From Clostridia bacterium (GTDB lineage Bacteria > Bacillota > Clostridia > Monoglobales > Firm-18): a stretch of 64,000 nt of DNA. The position numbers and the translations under genes are program-made. Every line of letters begins with the position of its first letter. Position 1 is the first letter of the stretch. The notes beneath the pieces were generated by a model. That model saw only the letters and a list, made by a program, of their open reading frames with translations, searched no databases and was not told the DNA's origin. Positions 42,813-54,437 of this stretch are shown here, one piece after another. The DNA lies in contig JAZQAN010000064.1 in the NCBI GenBank assembly GCA_045545235.1, positions 7,698 through 71,697 of the forward strand, written 5' to 3'.

Positions 42813-45800
42813 ATGGCTTTAAAAATCATATACGGAACCGTTAATAGCGGAAAAACAGAACAGTGTTTTGAATATATAAAAAATGTATTAGATACAACTA
42901 ATGAAAAAGTTATATACATAGTTCCTGATCAATATTCTCTTGAAGCTGAAAAAAATATTTCTAAAAGATTTTCTAAAATTGCTTTAGATCGCATTGAAGT
43001 TATGAATCCGGATCGACTTGCAAAAAGAACCTTTTCATCTGTTGGTCCAATAATGTGTGATTTTTTAGATGATAATGCAAAACTTATGATTATTGAGAAA
43101 GCTATTATTAAAGTTTGTGGAAAGCTTACATATTTTATAAAAAACACACAATTTGATGGATTCTCATCTGTTGTTCTTGATTTAATAAAACAATTCAAAA
43201 TCAATTGCATAGACTCAAAAACATTAAAACAAATTGCCGAAAATTCAGCTGATGTTAATTTAAAATACAAGCTATACGACTTATCTATAATTTACAATGA
43301 ATACGAAAACTTTTTTGATTTTCCGTATGCCGATGCGGATAATAACATGACTTTGCTTGCTGAAAAAATATATGAGCATAATTTATTTTCAGATGTGCAC
43401 TTTATATTTGATAATTTTTCAACATTTTCAAAACAACAATTAACCGTCATTTCTGCTTTGATAAAAAATGCTGTTAACGTCATATTTTCAATTACTACTG
43501 ATAGTCTATTGCCTGAAAATAAATTCGACCTTTTTTATAAAACACAAAAAACTGTCCAGCAATTATATAGTATTGCCTGTGAAAATAATGTTGAAGTTTT
43601 GCCTAACACATACATGGATTCAAGTTATTTCAATAACAAAGAACTTGAATTTTTGTGTTTAAATTATTTTTCAAATAAAAAAAATAAGTATACAGAAAAT
43701 ACTAAATCTGTTTTTTTGTGCAGGAGCAATGATTATAATGGAGAAGTTGAACAGGTAGCACATGAAATTTCACGTCTTGTTAGAACTGAAAATTACAGAT
43801 ACAGAGATTTTGCAGTAGTATATAGAAATGCCAATACATATAATTCAATCATAAAAAATTGTTTTGATCGTTATGGCATATTTTATAATATAACTGAACC
43901 AAAATATTCTAAAGGTAATTTTATTTATAATGCGCTGACATCGGTTTTTCAGATTTTAATAACTAAATATTCCTTCGAAGCAGTTTTTGATTTTGTATTT
44001 AGTTGTCTGTGTAATATTGAAGAAAAAAACAAATATCTTTTAGAAAATTATGTTTTAGAAGTTGGTAACCGTGAGCAATTATGGATAATTGATAAACCTA
44101 TTACATTTAAAGGGAGTTTTTCTGATGCAGAATTTAAAATAATAACTGAATCGATTACTTATGTCAGAAATTGTTTGAATTCATTTGCTGCAAATTTTAA
44201 TGGCAGAAAAACTGTAGCAGAAATTATTGATGCCTATAATGATTTTTTGGAATACACAAATGCCGAAAATACTATTAAAAAAATTGTAAATAATTTTATA
44301 GAAAAAGGGGAAAAAGAAGAAGCACAAGAAGTTGTTTCTGTATACAATCACGTTATAACATCGATGAATCAGATGAGAGAATACTTCGGAGATACATCAA
44401 TTACTTTTGAAAAATTTATAAAAATTTTCAATTCATCTTTGTCAAATGTACAAATTGATGTTTTACCATCGGGAATTGATGATGTAATGATTACTTCCAT
44501 AGACAGATTTCAGGCATCAAAGGCAAAAGTTGTCTTTGTTTTAGGAACTATTGATGGAGTTATTCCATGTGGATATATAAATGAAGGTCTTTTAAAGAGT
44601 GAAGAATTAAAAGAGTTGGGAATAGAAGAGGATATAGTTCAGAAGCACTGTGATGAAAATTATGTAATATACAGACTTTTTTCTTCAGCAACCGATAAAT
44701 TGTATGTTTCATATCCTATGGCTGATAACGAAGGGAAAGCCCTTTCACCTTCCGGTATAATAAGAAATTTGAAGGAAATATTTCCGGAAATAACAGAAAT
44801 TCAAAATATTTATGATAGAATAAATATACTTGAAGAAGTAGAAGGTATAATACCTACATTCAATAAAATTATAAAGAACAAGGATAACTCGTTTTGGAAT
44901 GTTGTTTTAAAATGGTACAAAGATAACAAACCAGAATTATATAATGTAATCAAAAATGCAAAAGAATATACAAATTTATCACCAAAATTGAGAAATGATA
45001 TTATAAAAAAATTGTACGGTGAAGAAATTAAATCCAGTATATCTCGTATTGAAAAATATAATCAATGCCAATATGCTTATTTTATTCGTTATGGTCTGAA
45101 TATTGATGTCAGAAAAGAATGTAAATTAAAACCAAATGATTACGGCACATATATGCATGAGATTATCGAAAAGTTTTCTGAATTTGCATCAAGTGAAGGT
45201 TGGGAAAATATAACACATGAATTGTGTAGTCAAAAAGCATCTGAAATTACCAAACTTGTTTTGGACGAGTATTTAAGTGATTTATACAAGGAATCAAAGA
45301 GACATCAGTATTTATTTAATAAAATTGTATTTACTATGGATACTGTTTTATGGAATATTACATGTTTTTATCAACAAAGCGGATATGTGTCTATAGGACA
45401 AGAAATATCTTTTGGAGATGACGGAGATTTAGCACCTATACTTATTAATCTTTCAAATGGTACTGAAGTTAAACTCAGAGGCAAAATCGACCGTGCTGAT
45501 ATACGAAGAACCGAAAATGGTGATTTTGTAAGTATTGTAGATTACAAATCAAGCTCCAAAGACATAGATTTTGGTAAAATTTTATGTGGTATACAAATTC
45601 AACTTCCAATTTATCTTGATGCTGTTTGCAAGGGGTTTGCTAAAGAAGGCGAAAACATATTACCTGCAGCAATGTTATATTATCACATTAATGATCCTAT
45701 TATAAACGGAAATCCAACTATGGCAGATACGGATATTGAGGAACAAATAAAAAATGAGTTGAAAATGAAGGGAGTTATATACGAATCCGAAAATATACCT

Positions 45801-46073
45801 TCTGTATTTGTAGCAAAGAAAACTCTCACAATGAATCAAATTAACAAAGTATGTAAAACTGCATATAACCAATTGAAAAACGCTTTAGAAAAAATGGTAG
45901 AAGGTAATATTGAAATTAATCCCGTTGCTAATGGTACCAAGACAGCATGTGATTATTGTCCCTATAAAAATATATGCAATTTTGATCCTAATTTTAAAAA
46001 TAATAAGTACAGAGAATACACAACTGTGAAGATGGAGGAGTTTTTTGACTATGTCGACGAAATGGACAACTGA
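42813..46073 (+). CDS. addB: ATP-dependent helicase/deoxyribonuclease subunit B
   Basis: Degenerate Walker A GTVNSGKT, a RecB-type nuclease domain (VDYKSS) and a C-terminal Fe-S Cys cluster (CDYCPYKNIC). It is followed by addA. Confidence 0.9.
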   Translation: MALKIIYGTVNSGKTEQCFEYIKNVLDTTNEKVIYIVPDQYSLEAEKNISKRFSKIALDRIEVMNPDRLAKRTFSSVGPIMCDFLDDNAKLMIIEKAIIKVCGKLTYFIKNTQFDGFSSVVLDLIKQFKINCIDSKTLKQIAENSADVNLKYKLYDLSIIYNEYENFFDFPYADADNNMTLLAEKIYEHNLFSDVHFIFDNFSTFSKQQLTVISALIKNAVNVIFSITTDSLLPENKFDLFYKTQKTVQQLYSIACENNVEVLPNTYMDSSYFNNKELEFLCLNYFSNKKNKYTENTKSVFLCRSNDYNGEVEQVAHEISRLVRTENYRYRDFAVVYRNANTYNSIIKNCFDRYGIFYNITEPKYSKGNFIYNALTSVFQILITKYSFEAVFDFVFSCLCNIEEKNKYLLENYVLEVGNREQLWIIDKPITFKGSFSDAEFKIITESITYVRNCLNSFAANFNGRKTVAEIIDAYNDFLEYTNAENTIKKIVNNFIEKGEKEEAQEVVSVYNHVITSMNQMREYFGDTSITFEKFIKIFNSSLSNVQIDVLPSGIDDVMITSIDRFQASKAKVVFVLGTIDGVIPCGYINEGLLKSEELKELGIEEDIVQKHCDENYVIYRLFSSATDKLYVSYPMADNEGKALSPSGIIRNLKEIFPEITEIQNIYDRINILEEVEGIIPTFNKIIKNKDNSFWNVVLKWYKDNKPELYNVIKNAKEYTNLSPKLRNDIIKKLYGEEIKSSISRIEKYNQCQYAYFIRYGLNIDVRKECKLKPNDYGTYMHEIIEKFSEFASSEGWENITHELCSQKASEITKLVLDEYLSDLYKESKRHQYLFNKIVFTMDTVLWNITCFYQQSGYVSIGQEISFGDDGDLAPILINLSNGTEVKLRGKIDRADIRRTENGDFVSIVDYKSSSKDIDFGKILCGIQIQLPIYLDAVCKGFAKEGENILPAAMLYYHINDPIINGNPTMADTDIEEQIKNELKMKGVIYESENIPSVFVAKKTLTMNQINKVCKTAYNQLKNALEKMVEGNIEINPVANGTKTACDYCPYKNICNFDPNFKNNKYREYTTVKMEEFFDYVDEMDN

Positions 46074-49000
46074 ACAACAGCATGCAATAGATGTTCGCAA
46101 TTGCAACACACTTGTTTCGGCAGCAGCGGGTTCGGGAAAAACTGCTGTTTTGGTTGAACGTGTTATTAATATGATTACTGATGAAAGCAATCCAGTATAT
46201 GTAAATCAACTACTGATTGCTACATTTACTAACGCTGCTGCATCAGAAATGAAAGAGAGAATATATAAATCTCTACAGGGCAAAATAAGAGAGAATCCTC
46301 ATAATTCATATTTGAGAGAACAGCTTGTTCTTTTGGGACAAGCACAAATATCGACAATACACTCTTTTTGTACAAATTTAATTCGTGAGAATTTTCATCT
46401 GTTAAATATTCGTCATGATTTTGAAATTGGTGATGACGTAAGAATTTCATCACTGAAAAAAATTGCAATTGATGAAATAATGGAAAAATATTACATTGAA
46501 GGAAATACTGCGTTTCATAATCTTGTGGATTCTTTCGGTGGTAAAAAAAATGACGATGATCTTGTTGGAATTATATTTGCCGTATATAAATATGCAGAAA
46601 GTTTATCAAACCCGGAAGAGTGGTTACGAAAATGCCATACAAATTTAGATTCAATTGATTTTGTCGATAGTTTGAAAAAATTTATTGTTAATTCACAAAA
46701 TGCAATTTTGAATGATATTATAAAAGAATATTCAATTGCTCTTGATATTATTGAAAACGATTCCGGATTATCCGGATATTTTGAAGCGTATAGTAACGAA
46801 CTTAATTTTTTCAAAACCATGCTTGTTAAAAATGATGATGTTATTAAAGCTGTTGAATCTTTTAAATTTGGTTCTTTAAAACCTAAGAAAAAAAATACGG
46901 ATCCAAATAATCATATTGTTGTTAAAAAGATTCGTGAAAATGCAAAGGAACTTTTTGAACAAATTAAAGATTTGTATTCTTATAATGATATGTTTGTTGA
47001 AACAGAAATCAAGTTAATGTTACCATATATTCAAACAATATGTAATCTTGTTATAGAGTTTAAAGAGAAATTTTCAAATTTGAAAAAATCTGAAAATTTA
47101 TTGGATTTTAACGATCTTGAACATTTTTCAATTAAACTACTTATAGAAAATGAAGATATAATAAATTACTATAAGTCTACATATAAGGAAATTCTGGTTG
47201 ATGAATACCAGGATACTAATGGTGTACAGGCATATTTGTTTGAGTTATTATCAAACGGCAATAACCTTTTTATGGTTGGTGATGTAAAACAAAGTATATA
47301 CGGTTTTAGGAATTCAAACCCAAAGTATTTTATAGAGAAATATAATACATATTCTTCAGAACAATCTAAAAACTGCAAGATTATACTTTCAAAAAATTTT
47401 CGAAGTAGTAATGTGATATTGCGTACTATAAATTGTTTTTTTAACAATATTATGATGAAAGAACTGGGTGGAATAGATTACTGTAATGGTCATAGTTTAA
47501 TATATGGAAATGAAACAATAAAAGATATTGATAAACCAATTGAAAGATATATTATAAATAAAAAAAAGGCTGACAATATTGGTTTGGAAGACTTTGGCGA
47601 GGATAAAAACAAAGCTGAGGCAATTTTTGTTGCTGACAAAATATATAATCTTGTAGAAGTTGAAAAACAGCAGATTTATGACAATAATACAAACTCATAC
47701 AGACAAATAACATATAAAGATATTGTAATATTGATGAGAAAAACTAAAAATACAGCAGCATTATATGCTGATGTACTTGGCGAAAGAGGAATTCCGGTCT
47801 ATACCGCTGAATCGGGCGGTTATTTCAATTCTGTTGAGATCGCAACAGTTTTATCTTTTTTAAAAGTTATCCAAAATCCTCTTCAGGATATTCCATTACT
47901 TTCAATTATGCGTAGCCCTATATACGGATTTGATGACAATCTAATTGCAGAAATACGCTCAGAAAATTCAAACACATATCTTTATAATGTTTTGAAATCA
48001 TCAAAAAACAAGAAAGCAAAAGAATTTATAACTATTATCGAAAAATTCATTGATTATGCGAAATACAATAATGTTGGTGCCGTAGTCAGAAAAATTGTTT
48101 ACGATACCGGATATTATCATTTTGTTGGTGGATTGGAAAATGGTACAATAAAAATGTTGAATCTTAGTCTGTTATGTGAACGGGCTGATGAATTTTCAGC
48201 AAATTCTTATAAAAATGTTTCAAATTTTATATTATACATAAATAATATGCTGGAATCCGAAACTCAATATTCTGCACCAAAACTTATAAGTGAAAATGAT
48301 AATGTTGTGACAATAATGTCAATTCATAAAAGCAAAGGTTTAGAATTTCCTGTTGTGTTTTTATGTGAGACCGGTAAAGGAATTAACAAACGAGATTTAT
48401 CAGATAACTACATTTATGATGAAGAGCTTGGGCTTTCTATTAACATTATTGATATTAGAAGACATTTGAAATATACACCATATATAAAAAAAGCTTTTGC
48501 TTTCAAAAAAACATTTGATATCATAGCTGAAGAAATAAGACTTTTGTACGTTGCTCTTACACGTGCCAAATACAAGCTAATTGTTACTGCTACATCAACT
48601 GTAAATGGAGATTTTTATACAGAAAAAAATATTACTCCATCTGACATTTTTTTGTATAAAAACTATATAGGAATGCTACTTTTGAATATAAATGGAATTC
48701 CTTCGCCTGAAATTTATAATGCAGTTGATATTTTATCAAAAGATAAGACAATAAATAAAACAACCGATGATTTACCAAAAACTAACAATTACAGCTATTT
48801 ATATGAAGAAATTGCATCTATTTTAGATTATGAGTATGCTTATAAAAACAGTAGAGCTATTCCTTCAAAAAAATCAATTAGTGAAATGATAGACGAAGAT
48901 ATAAGTTTGATTAAAATATCGAATGGTGATTCTAAAATTACACCTGCACAAAGGGGAACACTGATTCATTTTATTTTACAAAACATTGAACTTTCTGATG

Positions 49001-49401
49001 TTTCAACAATTGATGATATTAAAAGACAGATAAACAACATGATATCAAAAGGGATGTTTGATTCAAAGAGCAAAAATATAATAGATACCAAAGCTATATA
49101 TGCTTTTTTCGAAAGTGAAATCGGAAAAAGAATGTTGAATTCAAAAAAAATATTACGTGAATTTAAATTTTGTGTAGATTTTCCTGCTGAAGAATTGGGA
49201 TATGATTCTATAGATGAAACTGTACTCATTCAGGGTGTTATAGATTGTTGTTTTATAGAAAATGGTGAATTTGTTATTATAGACTATAAAACAGGTAGTT
49301 TAAAAGAAAAATATAAAAAACAACTTGAACTATACAGACGTTGTTTGGAAATATCTACAGGAATTAATGTAAAAGAAACATTTATTTATCCTTTGATATA
49401 A
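46051..49401 (+). CDS. addA: ATP-dependent helicase/nuclease subunit A
   Basis: UvrD-type motifs AAAGSGKT and DEYQDTN, plus a C-terminal RecB nuclease motif GVIDCCF...IIDYKT. It overlaps the end of addB. Confidence 0.92.
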   Translation: MSTKWTTEQQHAIDVRNCNTLVSAAAGSGKTAVLVERVINMITDESNPVYVNQLLIATFTNAAASEMKERIYKSLQGKIRENPHNSYLREQLVLLGQAQISTIHSFCTNLIRENFHLLNIRHDFEIGDDVRISSLKKIAIDEIMEKYYIEGNTAFHNLVDSFGGKKNDDDLVGIIFAVYKYAESLSNPEEWLRKCHTNLDSIDFVDSLKKFIVNSQNAILNDIIKEYSIALDIIENDSGLSGYFEAYSNELNFFKTMLVKNDDVIKAVESFKFGSLKPKKKNTDPNNHIVVKKIRENAKELFEQIKDLYSYNDMFVETEIKLMLPYIQTICNLVIEFKEKFSNLKKSENLLDFNDLEHFSIKLLIENEDIINYYKSTYKEILVDEYQDTNGVQAYLFELLSNGNNLFMVGDVKQSIYGFRNSNPKYFIEKYNTYSSEQSKNCKIILSKNFRSSNVILRTINCFFNNIMMKELGGIDYCNGHSLIYGNETIKDIDKPIERYIINKKKADNIGLEDFGEDKNKAEAIFVADKIYNLVEVEKQQIYDNNTNSYRQITYKDIVILMRKTKNTAALYADVLGERGIPVYTAESGGYFNSVEIATVLSFLKVIQNPLQDIPLLSIMRSPIYGFDDNLIAEIRSENSNTYLYNVLKSSKNKKAKEFITIIEKFIDYAKYNNVGAVVRKIVYDTGYYHFVGGLENGTIKMLNLSLLCERADEFSANSYKNVSNFILYINNMLESETQYSAPKLISENDNVVTIMSIHKSKGLEFPVVFLCETGKGINKRDLSDNYIYDEELGLSINIIDIRRHLKYTPYIKKAFAFKKTFDIIAEEIRLLYVALTRAKYKLIVTATSTVNGDFYTEKNITPSDIFLYKNYIGMLLLNINGIPSPEIYNAVDILSKDKTINKTTDDLPKTNNYSYLYEEIASILDYEYAYKNSRAIPSKKSISEMIDEDISLIKISNGDSKITPAQRGTLIHFILQNIELSDVSTIDDIKRQINNMISKGMFDSKSKNIIDTKAIYAFFESEIGKRMLNSKKILREFKFCVDFPAEELGYDSIDETVLIQGVIDCCFIENGEFVIIDYKTGSLKEKYKKQLELYRRCLEISTGINVKETFIYPLI

Positions 49402-49426
49402 GTGTGTAAAAAAAATGTTTTTTTAC

Positions 49427-49455
49427 TTGAAAATTGCTCTTTTCTTTGATATAAT
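49427..49455 (+). promoter_or_regulatory. Putative sigma-A promoter (TTGAAA-17-TATAAT) upstream of ireB
   Basis: The hexamers were read directly and have a 17-nt spacer. Confidence 0.6.
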
Positions 49456-49530
49456 TAAAAATGTGTTTTTCTTTTTTTAAAAACATCACTTTGGGACATT
49501 GTTTATAATGTGTATTTGGAGGTAATTATT

Positions 49531-49779
49531 ATGGGTGAAACGATGAAATTTGATGGCTTAAACAAAAATGTTGATCCTAAAAAAATTATAATGGATGTTT
49601 ATCAGGCATTAAAAGAAAAAGGTTATAATCCAATAAGTCAATTTGTTGGATATATAATGTCGGGTGATCCGACGTATATAACCAGTCATAACAATGCAAG
49701 GGTGTTAATTATGAAACTTGAACGTGATGAATTGGTTGAAGAATTGTTCAAAGAATATTTAAGAGAGGAACATATATAG
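49531..49779 (+). CDS. ireB: IreB family regulatory phosphoprotein (UPF0297)
   Basis: [35 protein letters not shown] is the family signature. ATG 49531 follows GGAGGT. Confidence 0.85.
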   Translation: MGETMKFDGLNKNVDPKKIIMDVYQALKEKGYNPISQFVGYIMSGDPTYITSHNNARVLIMKLERDELVEELFKEYLREEHI

Positions 49780-49789
49780 GTGATTAGTT

Positions 49790-51286
49790 TTGGAAAAATC
49801 AATTAAAACAGTCAGCTTTATGATGATTGCAACACTTTTTTCAAAAGTTGCCGGATTGTTACGAGATATTTTTATAGCTGCAAAGTATGGAACTGAAACT
49901 ACACAAGCTGTTGCATATAGTTACGCAAGCAGTTTACCGGTTCAATTGTTTGATTTTACACTTGGGGCAGCTGTTTTGGCAACTTTTATTCCTATTTTCA
50001 ACACTTACATTGAAAGTGGAGATAAAAAAAGGGCGTTTGAATTTTCAAACAATTTTATTAATGTTGTTGTTTTCATATCAACGATTATTTGTATATTGGG
50101 TATTCTCTTTTCAAAACAGATTGGTCTATTTATTGCCCCTGATTTGAATATTGAAACACAACAACTGCTTCAAAAATTAATTGTTATTGTTTTACCAACA
50201 ACTATTTTTACCGCGTTAGCATACAGTTTTGTTGGTATTTTACAATCACTTGGCGAATTTAACGTCCCAGCTATAATAAGCATGGTTTCAAATATTGTAA
50301 TAATTTTATATGTCTTATTTTTTGATAATATATATGGTTTATGTGTTGCAATGCTTGTAGGGTGGGCTATGCAGTTTTTAATCCAAATACCATCATTAGT
50401 TAAAAAAAATTATAAATATCGCTTCACTTTAAATTTTAAAGATGATGGAATAAAGCAAGCAATGGTATTGGCAATTCCTATCCTGGCAAGTTCTTGGGTT
50501 CAGCCTATTACAGTTTTTGTAAATAAAAGATATGCATCTGCCATACTTGGTGGTGGACCTGCACTGGATTATGCAAACAGGTTTTACATAATCATATGTG
50601 GTGTTTTTGTTTTAGCAATAACTAATTATATATTCCCTGCTTTGTCAAAAAAAATCGGCTCAAACGACGGAGATGGCTTTAATGAAATATTAACTAAATC
50701 ATTACGAGTAATGTTTTTAATTATCGCACCTATAAGTGTAGGAATGTTAATGTTATCTGATGACATTATTATGTTAGTATACGGGCGTGGTCAGTTTAAT
50801 GAAAATTCAATAAAACTCACATCATTAGCATTAAAATATTTTTCATGTGGGATGATAGCTTATGGTGTTAATGAAATATTAAACAAATGTTTTTACTCAA
50901 TGAAGAATGCAAAAACACCAATGATTGCGTCAATTATAGGTATTTTAGTTTCAGTTTTTCTTGCTTCAATATCTGTCAATGTGTTTGATTTTGGTATTGC
51001 CGGTTTGGCAATTAGTTCTTCTGTTTCATCATTTGTAGTTGCAATTGTTTTACTTTTGTATATGCAAAAAAAACATAAGGTAATAAACAAGGAGATGGTA
51101 TTATTTGTTTTTAAAATATTGATTTCCGTTTCTTTTATGTCCTTGGCGGTTTATGCTTGTGAACTAACAATGATGAATATTAATATGTTGTTAAGATTAA
51201 TTTTAATAACATTAATCGGCGGTATTATATATTTTCTTTCTTTATTTTTATTTAAAATTGAAGAAATACGCGAGGTGATTAAATGA
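49790..51286 (+). CDS. murJ: Lipid II flippase MurJ
   Basis: About 14 TM helices and the N-terminal LLRDIFIAAKYGT motif. TTG start lies 6 nt after AGGTGA. Confidence 0.85.
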   Translation: MEKSIKTVSFMMIATLFSKVAGLLRDIFIAAKYGTETTQAVAYSYASSLPVQLFDFTLGAAVLATFIPIFNTYIESGDKKRAFEFSNNFINVVVFISTIICILGILFSKQIGLFIAPDLNIETQQLLQKLIVIVLPTTIFTALAYSFVGILQSLGEFNVPAIISMVSNIVIILYVLFFDNIYGLCVAMLVGWAMQFLIQIPSLVKKNYKYRFTLNFKDDGIKQAMVLAIPILASSWVQPITVFVNKRYASAILGGGPALDYANRFYIIICGVFVLAITNYIFPALSKKIGSNDGDGFNEILTKSLRVMFLIIAPISVGMLMLSDDIIMLVYGRGQFNENSIKLTSLALKYFSCGMIAYGVNEILNKCFYSMKNAKTPMIASIIGILVSVFLASISVNVFDFGIAGLAISSSVSSFVVAIVLLLYMQKKHKVINKEMVLFVFKILISVSFMSLAVYACELTMMNINMLLRLILITLIGGIIYFLSLFLFKIEEIREVIK

Positions 51287-52848
51287 TTAAAATGTTTCAA
51301 AACAGTATTTTTCTTTCTGGAATCAAAAAAATTTTTGAAAAAATTTCTGACAAATGTAATGAAAGTTTGATTATTTGGTTTTTTTCGCAGAAATTATTTG
51401 AACTTATATCTAATGTATTTAAAAATAGTATGTTGTATTCTTTTTTTAAAAATACTTTTGAAAAAATATCGGTTAAATGGAATGAGAGCCAAATTGGATG
51501 GTACGTTACACGTAATTTGGATGATAACAAATCACACAATAGTTTCTTTTATCGTTTCATAAACTTTTTAATAAACAAAACCTTTAGTATCAATTTGAAG
51601 GGTGTAGTTGGAGAAAAAATAAAAAGCAGTTCTATTTTAAATATACTTTCACACTATGAAATTGGAGTATATTTAATGTTACTAATACTTCCAATAGCTC
51701 CAACTATGGTATGTGTTGCCGTAGCTGTATTTACAATTTTGTCTTTCTTTATTAAGAGTATTGTAAAAAACAATTTAATAATAAAGATTGATGCTTTTGT
51801 ATTTTCTACAATTATTCTTCTTGGTGCTTTTTTAGTATATTCAGTTTCTTCATACTCGATTTTGTCAAGTATTAAAGTTTTTATGGTATATGCTGTTTTT
51901 ATTATCTTTATGTTTTTAACAATTTCTTGTGGAAGCAACAAGAAAAATTTTAATATAATGATTGTTTTATTCAGTATTTCAGGATTGATTGTTTCGTTGT
52001 ATGGAATTTATCAAAAATTTTTCGGAAATAATCAGGGACATGCATGGGTTGACACATCAATGTTCTCTGATATTTCAATGAGAGTATATTCTACATTCGG
52101 CAATCCAAATGTCTTCGGTCAATATCTTTTAATTTTAATACCATTATGTGCGGCTATGATTTATGCTTCAAAGCACTTTATGACCAAATTGTATTATTTT
52201 ATAGTTATGAGTTTGGGATGCGTATGTATGTTACTTACTCATTCACGTGGATGTTGGATCGGTTTAATTTTAACTTTTATTATTTTTGTATTCTTTGTTG
52301 ATAAAAGATTACTTATTTTTATTTGTGCTGCATTTTTGCTTATGCCTTTTATTATGCCCGAGAGTATAATTCATAGATTTGCAAGTATAGGTGACATGGG
52401 TGATTCATCAACATCTTACAGAGTTAGTATATGGATGGGTACATTAAAAATGCTCAAGGACTATTGGCTGATAGGTGTTGGTGTAGGTAACGAGGCTTTT
52501 AATAAGGTGTATCCATTTTATAGTTTAGAAGCTGCAGTAGCAGCACATTCACATAATTTTTATTTACAGGTTTTTTCTGAATTAGGATTAACAGGTATAA
52601 TAACTTTCTTTATAACTATTTTTATTGCTTTAAAAAAGATTCTGGTTGGATATATCGTTGGTAAAAAAAATAAATATTCTCTCATATGTGCAGGAATTTT
52701 TGCCGGAGTTTTGGGTCTAATGGTAGAAGGATTTTTTGATTATGTATGGTACAATTTTAGATTTTTTGCAATTTTCTGGTTGATTTTTGGCATTGGTATT
52801 GCATCAAGGAGGTGTGCTTGTGACGAAAATTTTACACGTTATAAGTGA
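51283..52848 (+). CDS. O-antigen ligase/polymerase-like (Wzy_C) membrane protein
   Basis: Polytopic membrane protein with a Wzy_C-like loop and HSHNFYLQVFSELGLTG. The N-terminal cytoplasmic part has an internal duplication (FEKISDKCNESLIIWF / FEKISVKWNESQIGWY). Confidence 0.75.
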   Translation: MIKMFQNSIFLSGIKKIFEKISDKCNESLIIWFFSQKLFELISNVFKNSMLYSFFKNTFEKISVKWNESQIGWYVTRNLDDNKSHNSFFYRFINFLINKTFSINLKGVVGEKIKSSSILNILSHYEIGVYLMLLILPIAPTMVCVAVAVFTILSFFIKSIVKNNLIIKIDAFVFSTIILLGAFLVYSVSSYSILSSIKVFMVYAVFIIFMFLTISCGSNKKNFNIMIVLFSISGLIVSLYGIYQKFFGNNQGHAWVDTSMFSDISMRVYSTFGNPNVFGQYLLILIPLCAAMIYASKHFMTKLYYFIVMSLGCVCMLLTHSRGCWIGLILTFIIFVFFVDKRLLIFICAAFLLMPFIMPESIIHRFASIGDMGDSSTSYRVSIWMGTLKMLKDYWLIGVGVGNEAFNKVYPFYSLEAAVAAHSHNFYLQVFSELGLTGIITFFITIFIALKKILVGYIVGKKNKYSLICAGIFAGVLGLMVEGFFDYVWYNFRFFAIFWLIFGIGIASRRCACDENFTRYK

Positions 52849-53935
52849 TTCTAATATTGGTGGTGCAGGAAAATATCTTTTGACATATTTAGAAAATTGT
52901 GACAAAAGTAAATTTGATGTTAAAGTTGTTTTACCAATAAAAAGTAAACTTATATCTGAAATAGAAAAATTGGGCTTTCAGTATATCGAAGTTGATTATC
53001 TTGCAGAACAAACATTTAACATTAAAGCTGTTAAGTTATTAAAAAACATTTTCAAAAAAAACAACCCTGATATAGTTCATGCACACGCATGTCTTTCTGC
53101 TCGAATTGCGGCGAGAATGGCTAAGGTTAAAGCTATTATTTATACAAGACATACTGATGCAGCAAGAAGCAAAATTTTGACCAATCCGCTTGGTAGATTG
53201 GTGAATAAAATTGTCAATGACTATCTTGCTGATGGTATAATTGCTGTTTCGAATACAGCAAAGAAAAATCTTTTAGATACCGGAATCAGCGAAAAAAAAA
53301 TAAAAGTTATTTATAACGGTGTTAATCCTATGGAAAGGGTTGACGATGATGAAAAAACAAAAATTTACCATAAATTTAACCTTGACCCAAATAAGCGAAT
53401 TATAGCTATAGTTGCACGTTTAGAAGAAATAAAAGGACATGAACATTTTATTGATGCTGCAAAAATTGTACAAACCAAAGGGTATGATGCGTTATTTGTT
53501 ATTGCCGGGGTAGGAGCACGTGAGGAATTTTTAAAAAATTATGTCCGTGAACAAGGTGTAGAAAATGTTATTTTTCTTGGTTTTGTAGAAAACATTTCGG
53601 ATTTGAACAACATAATGTACATACAAGTTAATGCATCTTTATATGAAGCTGTTGGATTGGCTGTGTTGGAAGGTATGAGAATCGGCGTTCCTGCAATTGT
53701 AAGCAGTTACGGTGGTAATCCTGAACTTACTAAAAATGGCATTAATGGTTATGTTGTTAATGGTCAGAGTTCTGAAGAAATTGCAGAAAAAATCATGTTA
53801 TTGCTTGATGATGACGTTTTGTATAAAAAATTGTCGAATAGTGCTGTTGAAATATTTAACAATAATTTTACATCTTCTGTAATGACAAAGAATATGGAAC
53901 AGTATTACACAGAAATTTTGGAGGGAAAAAAATGA
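52820..53935 (+). CDS. Glycosyltransferase family 4 (GT-B)
   Basis: ILHVISDSNIGGAGKY and the EX7E-region YEAVGLAVLEGMRIGVPAIV. GTG 52820 lies after AAGGAGGTG. Confidence 0.85.
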   Translation: MTKILHVISDSNIGGAGKYLLTYLENCDKSKFDVKVVLPIKSKLISEIEKLGFQYIEVDYLAEQTFNIKAVKLLKNIFKKNNPDIVHAHACLSARIAARMAKVKAIIYTRHTDAARSKILTNPLGRLVNKIVNDYLADGIIAVSNTAKKNLLDTGISEKKIKVIYNGVNPMERVDDDEKTKIYHKFNLDPNKRIIAIVARLEEIKGHEHFIDAAKIVQTKGYDALFVIAGVGAREEFLKNYVREQGVENVIFLGFVENISDLNNIMYIQVNASLYEAVGLAVLEGMRIGVPAIVSSYGGNPELTKNGINGYVVNGQSSEEIAEKIMLLLDDDVLYKKLSNSAVEIFNNNFTSSVMTKNMEQYYTEILEGKK

Positions 53936-54426
53936 GTAGAAAGTTTAATATTATTGACATAATTATTATTTTAATTATTGTAATTGGATTAGTTGTTGCA
54001 GGCATATTTTTTGTAAAATATTTAAATAATGATAAAAGTGTCAACACAACTCAATCCGAACAGAATAAAACAAAACTTAATTTTACAATAGAAATATTAA
54101 ACGTATCTGAAAATAATGCAAAAATGTATAAAAAAGGTCAGGAAGTCAAATTTGATGCCTATGGAAAATGTAAAGGTCGAATAGAAGACGTAGTGATTGA
54201 GCCATATAAAATTGTAACTAAAAATACTGAGGTTGGTGAGGTATTAGTTACGGAAATTCCAGACAGATATACTGCTATACTAATTATAAAAACTGACGTA
54301 GTTAAAGATAAAATGAAATATTCATGTAATGGTGAAAGAATTTCAATAGGTAAATCATTACCTATTAAGATCAAAGGCGCAGCGGCAGCAAACTGTTACA
54401 TTACTGATTTGTATGAAGTTAAGTGA
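53932..54426 (+). CDS. DUF4330-like single-pass membrane protein
   Basis: N-terminal NIIDIIIILIIVIGLVVAGIFF anchor plus an approximately 130-aa beta-rich domain. It is a paralog of the next gene. Confidence 0.55.
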   Translation: MSRKFNIIDIIIILIIVIGLVVAGIFFVKYLNNDKSVNTTQSEQNKTKLNFTIEILNVSENNAKMYKKGQEVKFDAYGKCKGRIEDVVIEPYKIVTKNTEVGEVLVTEIPDRYTAILIIKTDVVKDKMKYSCNGERISIGKSLPIKIKGAAAANCYITDLYEVK

Positions 54427-54437
54427 GGTGTATATCA